64,000 nt of DNA from Blastocladiella emersonii ATCC 22665 (GCA_025594325.1 JANHCV010000011.1:372001-436000), one strand, 5' to 3'; positions 50,818 through 63,504 are shown, counted from the first letter of the stretch. Made by a program: numbers and translations. The notes: generated by a model not told the origin, from the sequence alone.

Positions 50818-51883
50818 CATGCATCGTCGTCCAGCGTTCGTATGGTGTCTTGTGTGAGAAACACAAGGTAGATATCTCCTAGATACAAGATCCTAAGAGT
50901 AAAGTCGATGGTGAGCAAAACTGGAGGGCGAGGGCGCGCAGGCTTATATACTCCCTCCCCCGCAGCGGGCGGCACGGCGGCAGGGACCGGGGCGGAGCGC
51001 GCGCACGGGCAGTGGCTCAGCGTGTGTGCGAGGTCACCCGCGCTCAGGTGACCCCGTTGCTGTGGGCTCGAGGGACTTGGGGAAATTTTCACCCCCACCT
51101 CCCCCAGGTTCCGCACAGCCCAGGCGCGTCCGCGTCGAAGGCGGCCGCGGCGCGTCGGACTCTCGCTGGAACGCGTTTTCCTTCTCCAGCGCGCTCGTAC
51201 GGCTGGCCCAAGGCATGAAGAGCATGGATCCGAGCATGCGCAACGGCTGCGGTCTCGTTGCCCCAGCAGTCGCTTGGGGATCGGCGTGTCGGTGCGTCGA
51301 GGCCCCCGCGCGTGTCCTTCAGCGCGATGGTCGCTGACGACGGCGTGGAGGCGCCGTCCTGGATCTTCGTGCCCTGTCCGAGGCCCACCGATCACGTCGC
51401 GCCGGCCTTGGGTCGCGCAGCGAGCCGCCCGGCGTCAACCGCGTCACGTTGCGTCTCGGCACCGCGTGCGCGACGCGCCACATGGGCCAGCGCGCAGGCC
51501 AGCGCGACACGACAGCGAAGGCTCGCGCCCGATGACGACGACGGGCGCGCGCGTGAAACGGTCGGCCGTCCAGCGCGAGCGTGGGGGTTTGCGGCCGCGC
51601 TCCAAACAAGGCACCGGCCGTTGTGATGGTCGCATCACCGAGCGTGGCCGGGAAATGAGGAAGGCGGCTCGCGTTTTCGCTGCTGCAGCGGGTCGGGTCG
51701 GGTCGGGCGACGGCGTGGGCGGCGGCGTGGTTGGTCGCGTTTCCAAGTTTCCCGGCCCTCGTTTTCCTGCCTTCGGCGGCCTGCCTGAACCGGCAACCTT
51801 CCCCCTCGCCACGCGGGCCATGCCGCCCGTTCGCCGGCCCGGCCAACCTTCGCTGCTCCCCGTTCGCCGCGCCCCGCCGACGA

Positions 51884-51889
51884 TATAAA
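51884..51889 (+). promoter_or_regulatory. TATA box of the GTPase gene
   Basis: TATAAA about 85 nt upstream of ATG 51974, followed by a CT-rich leader. Confidence 0.6.
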
Positions 51890-51973
51890 CCGGCCGCGCC
51901 CCCCGCTCCTCTCTCTCTCTGCCCAGCACCTGCGTAGACCTCCTCGTCTTCCCTCGCCTTGCACACCTCCGCC

Positions 51974-54627
51974 ATGAACGGTAGCGATCGCCTCCCTCCC
52001 ACTCCCCGCAACGGCCTCCTCCCTCTCGCTGCCCCCGCCACCGCCCTCGTCGCTGCTCGCACGACGTGGTGGTGACGGCGATCGGTGTTGGGGAGCGGTC
52101 CTCCTATCAACGGCCCATCACTCGACCTCGAACGCGTTGCTCATCACCCGCCCGCCCTTTCGCTCGCTGCCCGCATCTAGGCTTCGCCAACCTCTCGATC
52201 AACGCCAACGGCGCCAACAAGCGCTCGGTCGTCGTGCCCGTGATCGGCACCACCCAGGCCGGCAAGTCGTCGCTGGTCCGCTTCCTGCGCGAGTACGCCG
52301 GCGAGTCGGTCGAGTCGGCCGAGCGCGACGAGCTCATCATCGGCGACGGCATCAACTCGGCCACCCAGCGCTCGCAGCGCTACACGCTCCGCATCCCGCG
52401 CCGCGAGGTGCTCCTCACCCCCCGCAAGGAGCAGCAGCAGAAGAAGACCACCGTCTCGTCGTCGGCCGCCAAGACCTCGTCGACCAAGACCTCGTCGTCG
52501 TCGTCGACCTCCACCTCGTCGACCTCGTCCAAGACCTCGTCGACCTGCTCGTCGGCCTCGACCTGCTCGGGCGCCGCCGCCGCCGCCGCCGTCTCGGCCG
52601 AGGATGCCCTCGCCATCAAGCTCGCCCGCGAGGCCCTCGCCGTCGACGCCGCCGAGGCCTCGGCCGCCGGCCGCGACGAGCAGGCCCGCTCGCTGTACCA
52701 GCTCCTCGCCGAGCTCGAGCGCAACACGGCCGAGGACATTGCCGCCCACAAGGCCGAGTGCACCGGCGCCGCCACCGCCGCCACCTCGACCACCACCACC
52801 ACCAAGCAGCAGACCGCCACCGCCACCAAGACCACCTCGGCCGCCGCTGCCGCCGCCGCCAAGAAGGCCGCCGAGCTCGAGTTCATTGAGCGCCTCGAGG
52901 ACGCGCTCGAGGACCGCGCCTTCGACCTGCGCCTGGCCTCGTTCGGCGCCGACGAGGAGGTGGCCGACGAGGAGGACGTTGTCAAGGAGGAGAAGACCGA
53001 GTTCTCGTTCGAGGCCAAGCGCGAGACGGTCGAGCCCCGCATCGTGCTCGACATCATCGACACCCCCGGCCTGTACGACTCGAACGGCCTCTTCAACCCC
53101 CTGACCGACTTCGAGCACCTGTCGGGCGTCTTCGAGCAGGTGCAGCGCGCCGGCCACGTCTCGGCCCTCGTCTACGTCGTCAACGCCGAGCGCCCCATGG
53201 ACGCTTCGGCCCTCAACGCCCTGACCACGTACCTGACCTCGTTCCGCGAGGTGTGCACCAACCTGGTGGTCGTGCACTCGTCGTACGACGTGCGCCGCAC
53301 GCTGCAGCGCGCCAAGGTGTCGGGCTTCCGCGGCCTGTTCGACCTCGGCCCGCGCGCCGACGAGTTCGACCGCCACCTGGCCCAGCTCGGCTTCGGCGAC
53401 TTCCGCGCCATCCACGTGCCCATGAACAACCTGGCCCTGGCCGGTGCCCGCGCCGGCATCCGCGCCGTGTCGTACGAGGCGGCCAACCACCTCATCGACG
53501 TGCTCGAGCAGCTCGCCACGGTCCCCGTCGCGCCCCTCAAGGCCGTGACCCTCGTCAAGCCCCGCCTGGTCCAGGACCTCGAGGCCGAGCTCGAGCTCGT
53601 GCTGTCGGCGCGCCTCGAGGCGCTCCGCCGCGAGGTGATTGCCGAGCGCGTGCGCGAGATCGAGGTGGCCGCCGCCGCCGAGAAGCTCGCCTCGCTCCGC
53701 GCCGAGCTGATGCGCGTCGACTCGGTCCTCGGCCGCCTCGACACCGAGATCCTGGTCGAGTTCGCCGCCCGCACGGCCAAGCCCGTGGTCCTGGCCGCCC
53801 CCGCGGTCGCGTACTACGAGGAGGTGCTCGGCGCGTCGCCCTACGAGTGGACGGTCGCCGGCCGCACCCTGTACCCGGCCACGGCCTCGGTCCTCGGCTG
53901 GTCCAAGCTCCTGCCCGCCGCCGCGGCCACCACGACCACCACCGAGGTGACGCGCAAGGCGTCGTCGTCGCTGTTCGGCGGCTACTCGTCGGCCTCGACG
54001 GTCACCACGACCAAGACGCAGCGCATCCCCGCTGCCCTGGCCACGATCGCGGTCGAGTCGGCTGCGTTCCCGATCCGCGAGGTGCGCGAGATCCTGCCGT
54101 CGTTCCCCGTGGCGATCCGCCGCCGCGTGACCGGCGACCGCCGCTTCGAGCTCGTGGTCGAGTCGGCGTACGCGTCGCTGGCCGGCGCCGCCTTCGCCGA
54201 CAAGATCGTCGCCAAGCTGTACACGTACCGCCGCGACATGTACGCTCGCGAGATTGCCGAGCTCCGCGCCCGCCGCGCCGCGCTCATCGAGGAGCTGACG
54301 ATCCGCAAGTCGGCCGTCGTTGCCATGCTCCAGCCCATGGCCGAGCGCCGCCTCTCGTACATCCAGTTCGAGGCGCGCGCCGCCGCCGTGACCCGCGCCC
54401 TCGCCGCCGTCAAGGCCGAGCGCGTGCCCGTCGAGTTCTTCCTCGGCGCCCGCGACCTGTACCGCGAGATTGCCGTCAAGGCCTTTGTCGCGCCCCGCAA
54501 CGCCATCGCCTTCCACGGCGCCGCCGGTGTCGCCCAGGCCGCGTTCACGATCGACCGCGCCGCCATGGAGCCCCGCCTCCTCGAGTCGCTCGCCCAGCAG
54601 TACGAGGAGTTCTTCGTCTCGCACTAA
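51974..54627 (+). CDS. TRAFAC-class P-loop GTPase (AIG1/GIMAP/paraseptin-like) with a large G-domain insert and coiled-coil C-terminus
   Basis: Micro-exon 51974-51980 (MN-G), intron 51981-52180, exon 2 to 54627. G1 GTTQAGKSS; G2 GDGINSAT; G3 IIDTPGLYDS; ALVYVV strand; G4-like VVHSSYD; heptad-rich C-terminal segments. Confidence 0.78.
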
Positions 54628-55298
54628 GTTGCCCTCCCCCTTCCCTCCCTTGTGTGTACACATTCCCCTCGCTCCGCTCCTCACCCTGTACCCTACCCTA
54701 CCAAGTTGCACGAATGATGCCCTGTTGATGACCTAAAAGATGAACGTTTTGCTTGTTGAACAACTTTTCTCGTCTCTCTTCGTGTGCTCTTGAGTGATGC
54801 TGGTCTTGGTCAGTCTTGCCCGGCAACTGCCCTCATTTCTCGCTCGTTCGCCACGGCTACGGTCCCCTGAGATCGAAACTGGCCACGTCGAGAACGGCGT
54901 TCATGGCCGTGTTCGTTGAGCTGGCCGAAGCGGGCTCTCGCCGACCCAGGCGTCGCTCGCGGCGGCGAGTCGACACGGCGTCAGGCGGGCCAGGGTCGCG
55001 GGGACCCGAAGAGGAGCGCGTCTTGGCGCTGCGCCGCCGTCGTGCGTGGTGTCGACTCACCTCAGCTTGAGTCGCCGTTGCGAAGAACGGGGACTCGCCT
55101 TCCCGCCTCAACGACGACGGCGGCACGGCGGACGGGGAGGAACGAGAAGAGAGAAGGCCCTGGAGAAGGCCGACGCGTCGCGTTTCCGCTTCGCGGGCGG
55201 CGAGCCGTCAAAACGGGGACGCGCCCTCGCCGCTCCCTCCGCTCCCCCACACACGCATCGCTCCACACCACACCCTGCAACGTAACATCACACCAACC

Positions 55299-57333
55299 AT
55301 GACACGCACCGCGCACACCGTCACCCTCGACGCCGCGCACCACCCCGTCTCGGCCGCCACCGTGTACACGGACCGCGCCGAGGTGTCGCGCACCGTGCAC
55401 GCCGTCACGGTCCAGGGCGGCAGCGGGACCACCGAGGTCCGCCTCACGGGCGTGTCGCAGAAGCTCGACCAGGACACGATCCGGTACGCTTTGGGGGTTG
55501 TGTGTGTGCGAGGTGAGCTAGCAGCTGACACTCCGCCCTCGCCCACGCGCGTGTAGCGTCGAGAACACGGGCACCGCGGTCCTCGTCGACGTGCAGTTCA
55601 AGTACGACATGGTCGAGTCGGCCGACACCGCGGCGCCGGCGGACGCGGACGCGGTGGCGGCTGCCGAGCTGGTCAAGACGAAGCGCGCCGCGCTCGAGGC
55701 GCTGGACCTCGAGCTCGCGCAGCTCGAGGTCGATGCCAAGCTCGCGTCGGACCAGCTCAAAGTCGTGCAGCAGTACGGCAAGACGGTCGCCGATCCGCCC
55801 GCGCCCGCCACCACCGCCAACGCGGCGCCGGCGCAGCGGTCGGCCGCCGCCGAGGCGCCCGCCTTCTACTCGACGTTCCTCGACGCGTACGGCGACCGGT
55901 GCACGGCGCTGGTGCGCGAGCGTGCGCGCGTGCGCCGCGCGATCCGCGACAAGACCAAGGACCGCGACGACCTGCGCACCTGGCTCGCCCACAACGACAC
56001 GACCAACGGCAGCGCCCCGCACAAGCACTTTGTGTCCGTGTCGAGCATCGTCGCCACGTTCGAGTCGCGCGCGCCCGAGGACATCGAGGTCGACATCACC
56101 TACACGTACATTGTGTCGGACGCCGGGTGGTCGCCCTTCTACGACCTGCGCACCGACGCCGCCGCTAAGTCGGTCCAGATCACGTACGCGGCGCTCCTCG
56201 CCCAGGCCACGGGCGAGAACTGGACCGACGCCGAGATCACCCTCTCGACGGCCACCGTCACCCGGCTCGCCGGCAAGGCGCCCGAGTTTACCGACCGCTG
56301 GGAGATCAGCAAGCGCCCGCCCCCGCCGCCCATGGCACCGCGCGCTGAGATGGCCAAGCGCCGCAAGTCGGCGCGCCCCATGGTCATGGCCATGCCGTTC
56401 AGCAGCAGTGCGGCTCCTGGGTCCGCGGCCGACGAGTCGGCCATCATGGACTACGAGGACGACGACGAGGAGGCCGACGAGGCGCCGCCCGCGGGCGCCG
56501 GGTACCGCGACGCCAACGTCAAGTCCGGCAGCTCGCTCGCCATGACCTTTGTCCTGCCCGGCCGCCTCAGCGTGCCCGACGGCACCACGCGGCAGCGCGC
56601 CAACGTGGCGCGGTTCGACCTGCCCGCGACCTTCGTGTCGTCGACGGTCCCGAAGCTCGTCCCCGCCGTGTACCTCGTGGCCAAGACGACCAACACGTCC
56701 GAGTACACGCTGCTGCCCGGCCCGTGCAACGTGTTCCTCGACGGGTCCTTCATCAACAAGTCGACGGTCCCGCTCGTTCTGCCCAACGCCGACTTCCGGT
56801 TCTCGCTCGGCACCAACCCGGCCGTCGCCGTCACCTACAAGCCGCTCGAGCGCGAGACCGAGAAGGGCAAGGCCGGCGGCGTCTTCAACGCCTTCTTCGC
56901 CGCCGCCGACGCGCTGCCCGACGGCGCCACCGCCATCCACTGCACCCGCCGCATCGTGCTCGAGAACAAGCAGGCCGACGCCACGGTCCAGGTCACGGTC
57001 GCCGACCAGGTCCCGACCTCGGCCCACGCGTCCATCAAGGTCGCCGTCCTCGAGCCCGACGAGAAGAAGCTCGGCACCGCGCTCGCCAAGTACGCGAGCA
57101 CCGAGGCCCGCGACGAGGCTGTCGCCGCCGCGAAGGCCAAGGGCAAGGCCGCCGAGTCGCCCGTCCCGTCGCTCGACCGCGGCAAGACCTCGGTCACGGC
57201 CATCGCGCAGTTCGCGGACCTCGGCGCATTCGAGTGGGTCGTCAACCTCGGGCCCGCGGCTACCCACGAGATCGTCGTCCAGTACGTCCTCCAGTACCCC
57301 AAGGACTTTAAGATGACCGGGTTCGACGAGTAG
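55299..57333 (+). CDS. DUF4140 + DUF4139 protein (MuiA/TIGR02231-like), paralog B
   Basis: Exons 55299-55483 and 55557-57333. Motifs ATVYTDRAEVSR..LDQDTIR, VSDAGWSPFYDLR, QATGENWTDAEITLSTA, LLPGPCNVFLDG, FSLGTNP and VADQVPTS. Confidence 0.9.
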
Positions 57334-57546
57334 CGCGGCGGCGGCGGCGGCGAGTGATCTTCTGTATATATACGGCCACGGGATGGTGTCTTTTCCATGA
57401 CATGAAGAGCAGCGTGAGGCCGTGGTACCGGGTTGCGCCCTCGAGACGTGATGCGCCGCGGGCTCGCGCACTGCCGGCATCGTGTGCTCGCCGGGCCGCT
57501 CTCCCTCCCTCAACACCTCTGCCGCATGTAACCTAGACAGCGCCCT

Positions 57547-58636
57547 ATGCAACGCATCATGAACACGGGGACGAGCACTCAGGTGCGCCAGCGAATCACC
57601 GCGGCGTACGAGCGCGGGCTGGCGTCGGGCGCCGTGGTGTTCGCGCCGACGACGGTCCACACGATCGCCGACCCGACGCTCGGCGTCGACCTGAACGTGC
57701 TCGTTGCGCCCTCGCTCGCCAAGAAGAAGACCAACCCGGACCAGTCCGCCTCGGCCAAGGACGGCCTGCTGCCCCTTGCTGCTGCCGCCAAGCCGCCGAA
57801 GGTCAACCCGTTCCTGCCTTACGAGCCCGCCATGTTCGTCGCCGATCTCTCGCCGTCGCACGTGCTGCTACTCAACAAGTTTCCCGTCATCTCGGAACAC
57901 GTCCTCGTCGTGACTAAGGGTACGGGACGGACTGGCGCGGTGCTTCCCCCGCTCGCCCACACGCGCTGACGCACTCCGCCCGTACCAGAGTTTCTCCCGC
58001 AGGACCAGCCCATTGACGTTGCCGACATGGACGCGCTGATCCCCGTCATGGACGCGTTTGGGGACTCGGACCCGCTCGCCTTTTACAACTGCGGCCAGGA
58101 CAGCGGCTCGAGGTGCGTTGCCTCCGAGCCTTTCAGCGATGCACCACTAACCTCCCGACCAGCCAACCGCATCGTCACATCCAAGTGTTCGCGCAGACCA
58201 CACCGGCGCCCATCGACAAGGTCATCCCGCGCCATCCGGGTACGGTACCGCTCACCCAGACGTTCGCAACGAATTCTAACGAAGCACCCCCGTAGGCGCG
58301 AGCGAGATTCCGGACCTGCCGTACGCCCACCGCGTGACGCACTTTGAGGTGTTCCCGCCGACGGGCGCCGCGCTGCACGCCGTGTACGCGGCCCAGCTCG
58401 CCGCCCTCTCTGCCGCCCTCGGCCGCGCCCACTTCCCGCACAACGTGCTCATCACGCGGCGCTGGCTGTCCGTGATCCCGCGCCGCCGCGAGCGCACCCT
58501 CGACACCAACATGGGCGTCAACGCCGTGGGCTACTCGGGCAGCGTCCTCGTGTCGACCGAGGCCCGCGTCACCGCGCTGCGCGCATCGGGCGGCGTGCTC
58601 CCTGTCCTCGCCGAGCTCGGGTTCCCTCGCACATGA
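57547..58636 (+). CDS. Ap4A phosphorylase / ATP adenylyltransferase (Apa2-like)
   Basis: Spliced NPFLPYE..HVLLLNKFPV..HVLVVT-..LAFYNCG..SGS-SQPHRHIQ..HNVLITRRWLSVIPRR..VNAVGYSGSVLV; about 3 short introns. Confidence 0.9.
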
Positions 58637-58708
58637 ATCATTTGTAGAACAACCATGTACAGTATCCGACATCAGCACGAACCACCTTGCACACGCGCGC
58701 CGATACCG

Positions 58709-61700
58709 CTACGCCCGATCGTGAATGTTCTGGAACATGCCGCGGATGATCTTGAGCGCCGGGTTGTGCGCGAGCTTCCCGCCGAGGCGCTTGGACTTGC
58801 CCGTCCCCGCAGCCGCCAGCGACGGGATCGTGAAGTTGGCCTCGAGCGACTTGACCATGTTCTCCTCGTCCTCCGAGTCCACGTCGTCGTCGTCGTCCTC
58901 TTCGTCCGCGCCGTCGTCGTCCTCGATCCCGAGGATACTGCGGTGCCGGTTGCGGTGGTTCTTGCGGTGGTGCGCGCCGCCGGGCTGCTTTCCGTCGCTG
59001 CTGCCGCTGCCGCTCGACGACGCGAGGTCGCCCTTGGCAGTGGCGGCACCGTGCCGCTTGCCCGCAGTGGACCGCGACAGCGTGCTGCTCGACCCGTCCG
59101 CCGAGCTCGCGTCCCCACCATCCTCGCCGCCGTGAACGATACCGTCCTCATCGTCACCACCGCCATCATGGTCCTCGCCGTCGTCCCCCTCCTCCTCGTC
59201 GCCGAGTGACCCGCCCGCCGCGAGCAGCAGGGCCGCGCGACGGTCGGCGCGAAGACTCCGCTTGATGTCGCGGCGGCGCTCCTTGCGGCGCTCCTTGCGC
59301 TTCGCCGCGGCGTCGTCAATCTCGCCGCGCAGCCGCGCGTTCACGGCCTTCATGCCGTTGCGGATCCGGTCAAACTCGTCGAGCTTGCTCTCGAGCGCGT
59401 ACATTTCCTGCGCCAGCAGCGCCGCCGCGTACATGGCCGCCGCGTTGGCCGTCGGCTGCTGGTCGGCAGAATCGCCGCCCTCGCCCCCGTCCGCGGTGGA
59501 GGGTGCGGGCGGGAACAGCGCGTCGTACACGGCGGCGCGCACGGGCACGCGCTTGGTGAACGCGAGCAGGTACGGGTCCGTGGGCGCGAGCGGGTACTTG
59601 GGGTTGGCGCTCGTTGCAGGCGACGCGGTCACGGCGCGGAACCGCGCGGCGTGCTCGGCCTCGAGCGCCGCGAAATCGGCGCTGAGCCACGGCGACGCGG
59701 CGGCCTCAATGTCGCGGTACGTGGCCTGCGTCCGGTTGAGCAGGTCGGCGAGCGCGGCCAGGTTGCAGTTGGCGTCGGACACGGGCACGCCCTGCATGCG
59801 CACCGCGAGGATCGTCAGGGCCTCCTTGATGCGCTGGATCGCCTCGGTGCACGTCCGCTCGACGGCGCTACACGTTGACGAATGAGTGGGACGTGTGATG
59901 GCGTAGGGCGAGCGCATGACGTACAGCGCCGTCTTGCCGGGATTCTCGAGGAATAGTACGCCCTGGCGCATCTGAATCGGGTCGAGTCGTTTGTGAGTGA
60001 AGCGCTCCGAGTGAGAAGACCAAACACGAAGAATGCGTACCGTGTCGTTCATCTCGGCGCCGCAGCCCGCGAGCATGGCGTTGAGCGACGAGCTCGTGAG
60101 CTCGACAAACGACGGATGGACGACGCCGACCAGCATGGCCGCGCACCGGACCTCCTCGCCCGTGTTCCAGCGGCGGTCGCGCACGACCGCGTCGGCGGCG
60201 CTCTGCAGCTTGCTCTGAACGTGAATCACGGGCGGCGGTGAGTCGTGAAGCGCGCAAGACCACCCACGTTCAACGTACATAGTCGAGCCACTTGGCCTGC
60301 GCGGCCATGCGCAGGTTGGACGGCCGCAGGTGCGCCATGTCGGTAATGTACTCGCCGGGACCGAGCGACGACGGGCCCGTGTAGGGTGGCGCCTCGGGCT
60401 GCACCGCGAGCGGGTGCCCGGTCACGGCCGAGAGCCGCGGGTAGTCGTACCGCGCGTCCATGACGATCCGCGCGAGCCCGGCCATGGCAGCGGCCTCGGA
60501 CCAGAACGGCTTGACGTCAATGCAGTGGAGCTCGAGCACGGGCTACATAGTGCGCGATGGGTCAGTAAGACAACCCAGCGACCACCAATCAAATCGTACC
60601 GCGTCCGTGTGCGTGATAAACTCAAACGACAGGTGGCCGACCAGCCCGCGCTCCAGACACGCGGGCATGATGCGCATCACGAACTGGACAATGGTCGCGG
60701 GCGGGACCTGCCGCGCCGGCATGACCATGAGCGTGTAGTCAAAGTCGTACAGCGGCGTGTGCTCCCACGTCCCGAACACGCGCACCTCGCCCGTCGGGTG
60801 CAGCTCGGCGTGGCACCCGAGGAACACGCGCGCGTGGGCCGCGACGGGGCCCGAGCCGCCGTCGACCATGGCCTCGATGGTGCCGCCCGTCTTGCAGAAC
60901 GACGACAGGAACGCGGGGACGGTCGGGTACACGGGCGCGGGGAGGTCCTGGCCTGGTGCTGGTGCTGGTGCTGGTGCTGGCGGGGAAGCGGCGGGCAGCG
61001 GCAAAGCTGCGGGGGCAGCATTCGCGGCAGCAGGGGTTCTGCTCGAAGAGTCGAGAGATGACGCGAGTGCTGCCGGCCCGTCGGTCGCGGATGCGGTTGG
61101 AGCAATCGATGGCAGCCGCCGTCGGAGCGGCGACTTGGGCGCGACCTCGAGCGGCAGCGTGCATAGCTGCGCGAGGTTGCCGAGCGCCGAGGTCAGGGTG
61201 GCGGGCGGCATGAAGGTGAAGGCCTCGGGGATGGCCTTGATCTTCTGGACCACGTCGTCGGCGTCAAACTTGGCGACCGTGAAGGTGAGGCGGCGGCGGT
61301 GGAACAGCGCGACGCCGCGGCGGCCGGCCTCGTCGCGGATCTTGAACATCCACACGAGCACCTTGGGGTGCGCGAGGAGCAGCTCGGCGAGCGTGCGCCA
61401 CGCCGCGGCCTCGTCGAACACGTCCGTGACGTGCGGCATGGCGCCCGGCCAGCGCGTCGAGATGGCGCGGCCGCGCGGTCCTTGGATCACGCCGCCGCTG
61501 AGTCCGTCACCACTGGAAACCACCACATTCGCACCGTTTGCGGCGGCCGGAGCCGCGGCCGCAGCCGAAACGGAGGCGTCGACGGCGGCCAAGAGCTCAA
61601 AGAAACCGGGTCGCGTCGAGTGGTGGATCTGGCGGTCGAGCGGCAGGGCGAGCATCGGCACGCGCAGGGCCGAGGCGACGCGCACGTCGTAAGTGCCCGC

Positions 61701-63504
61701 GACGTACGGGACGAGGACGGCGCTCGCGTTCGACCCGGCCTCGGCGACGAGGGCGCGGATCTTGTTGAGCGTGGCAATCGACGCGAACAGGCCGACGGAC
61801 AGCGGCGACGTCTTGGGCGCGTGCGGGACGCACTCGGGGAACACGACCGTGGTGCGCTGCGCGGCCTTCGGGAAGCGCGTCGAGCGCGCAAGGTAGCGCA
61901 GGGCCACGGCGACCATGGGGTCGTGCTCGGCCGGCGACACGTAGATGACGCGCGTCTTGTCGGCGAGCGCGGACGCGAGGCAGCCGGCGTGGTGGCGCTG
62001 CAGCGGGCGCAGGTCGCGCATCAGGAAGCGCACGCGCTCGGCGTGCGACGCCGACGGGACGTGGATGACCACGTTCCACTGCGCCTTGAGGTGGGTGGCC
62101 CAGTTGGTGAGCAGCTGCGCGCGCAGCGTCGCGCACGTCTTGATGTGCATCTCGAGGGCGCGCTACACGGTTCGGGCGGCCGTTGCGTGCGGTCAGTGGA
62201 AGGTGCGTGCGTGCAGGCTGCATGGATTCGGGCAAGTCGAGTGCCGTACCATGACCTGCTCGTAGAAGCGGGCCCGCGTCAAACACTTGCGGCGGAACCC
62301 GAGGATGATGCGGGCGGCTGTCTTGGACACGCAAATCTCCGAGTAGACTTTGCGCTGGCGAGCCATGCGCCACGTGGCCTGGATCTTGACGATGGCGGCC
62401 CAGTGTCCATCGAGGCCCTTGTAGCGACGGCCGGGCTCGGCGTGCAGCGCGCGGACGTGGTCCCAGTTGAGGATCGCGGGCCGCGCGTGGTCGAGCTGGA
62501 GGCGGAGGTGCTGTTGGACGTGCTGCGCGCACAGGTCGGCGAAGCGCGGGGCGTGAAGCACGATCAGATCGACTACACGTGCAGGTATGTGCGGGCGAAC
62601 AAGTGCGGTTGAACCGATGAGCGAACACCGATTTTGTCAATGGAATCGGGAGAGAACCAAACGCGAGGCGCAGCGCGTGAGCCTTGCGTGAGGAAAGGCG
62701 CGACGATAAAAGCAGCAACGTACGGGCATAGTGTAGAGCGACTCCTTCGAGAAACTGGATCCACATGACAGCGTTGACCACAATGTGGTGAGGATGTGCG
62801 GACAGAAACCCGACGAGCGCGTGGTTTTCGACAATGTTCCCCGAGGAAATGTGGATCTGTGCACTACGAGTCACGCGCACGGTACGAGATGCGCGCGGTG
62901 AGCGTGGCCGAGGCGATGTGAGTGCGCAATGCCACGGCGGAGGCGGCGGAACGGGAGGAGAACCGATTGATCGTACCTCGATGCTGCGCCAGGCTCAGCT
63001 GCAAGGTCCGCGAGATACTCCGAGCCGGACCGCTGGATGCCCGTTGCGAGGTTGTCAATGGACGCGTGCGGCGTCTTGGCTGAAAGTGCGCCAGCTCTCC
63101 CGCGGCGTGCTAGCGGCTTTGGGTTATGCGGCGGGAGCGACTCAGTAGCGGAAGCGGCGCGAAGGGCATTCCTTTCGCGCGCGGTCGGAGCAGCGCCGGA
63201 AAGCGCGTCTGCAAGCGGAGATGAGGATGGAGATGGGGACCGCCGTGCAGGTTTCGGCGCCACAGCGCCAAGCGCAGGCGTAAAGTCGGCATAGCGCGGA
63301 AGAAGGCCACGGTTGATGAGCGGGAAGAGGCCCGTCTACAAAGCGTGTGCGCGCAGTTGGGGCAGGGCGGTTGGCTTGGCGCCTAAGCAGCAGGGGCAAA
63401 GAAAACAGACTGACCCGCTGAACTCGGTCTACCCAATAGTCCTGGTGGTCATGGTCGTTGTAGATAACTGCAGGGAGTGTCCTGTGCAGTGCTGCTCTAT
63501 TCAT
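58709..63504 (-). CDS. IQCH: IQ motif-containing protein H-like (flagellar/ciliary-associated); the 5' end may extend further
   Basis: Spliced exons give TGLFPLINRGLLP, GRRYKG..AAIVKIQATWRMAR (IQ motif), VVIHVPS, LADKTRVIYVSP, RTTVVFPE, VWMFKIRDE..RG and GLVGHLSFEF. Upstream exon boundaries are uncertain. Confidence 0.78.

Noticed and set aside
50315-50866. 183-aa minus-strand ORF downstream of a TATA box
   Set aside because: Its codon usage is unlike the real genes and it overlaps the hairpin and repeat, so it is treated as non-coding (see the ncRNA finding).
60950-60980. (TGGTGC)n repeat, plus (CAT)n near 63815, (GCGA)n near 15430 and CAG tracts
   Set aside because: These are ordinary microsatellites or low-complexity coding (PAPAPA linker in IQCH), not CRISPR-like arrays.
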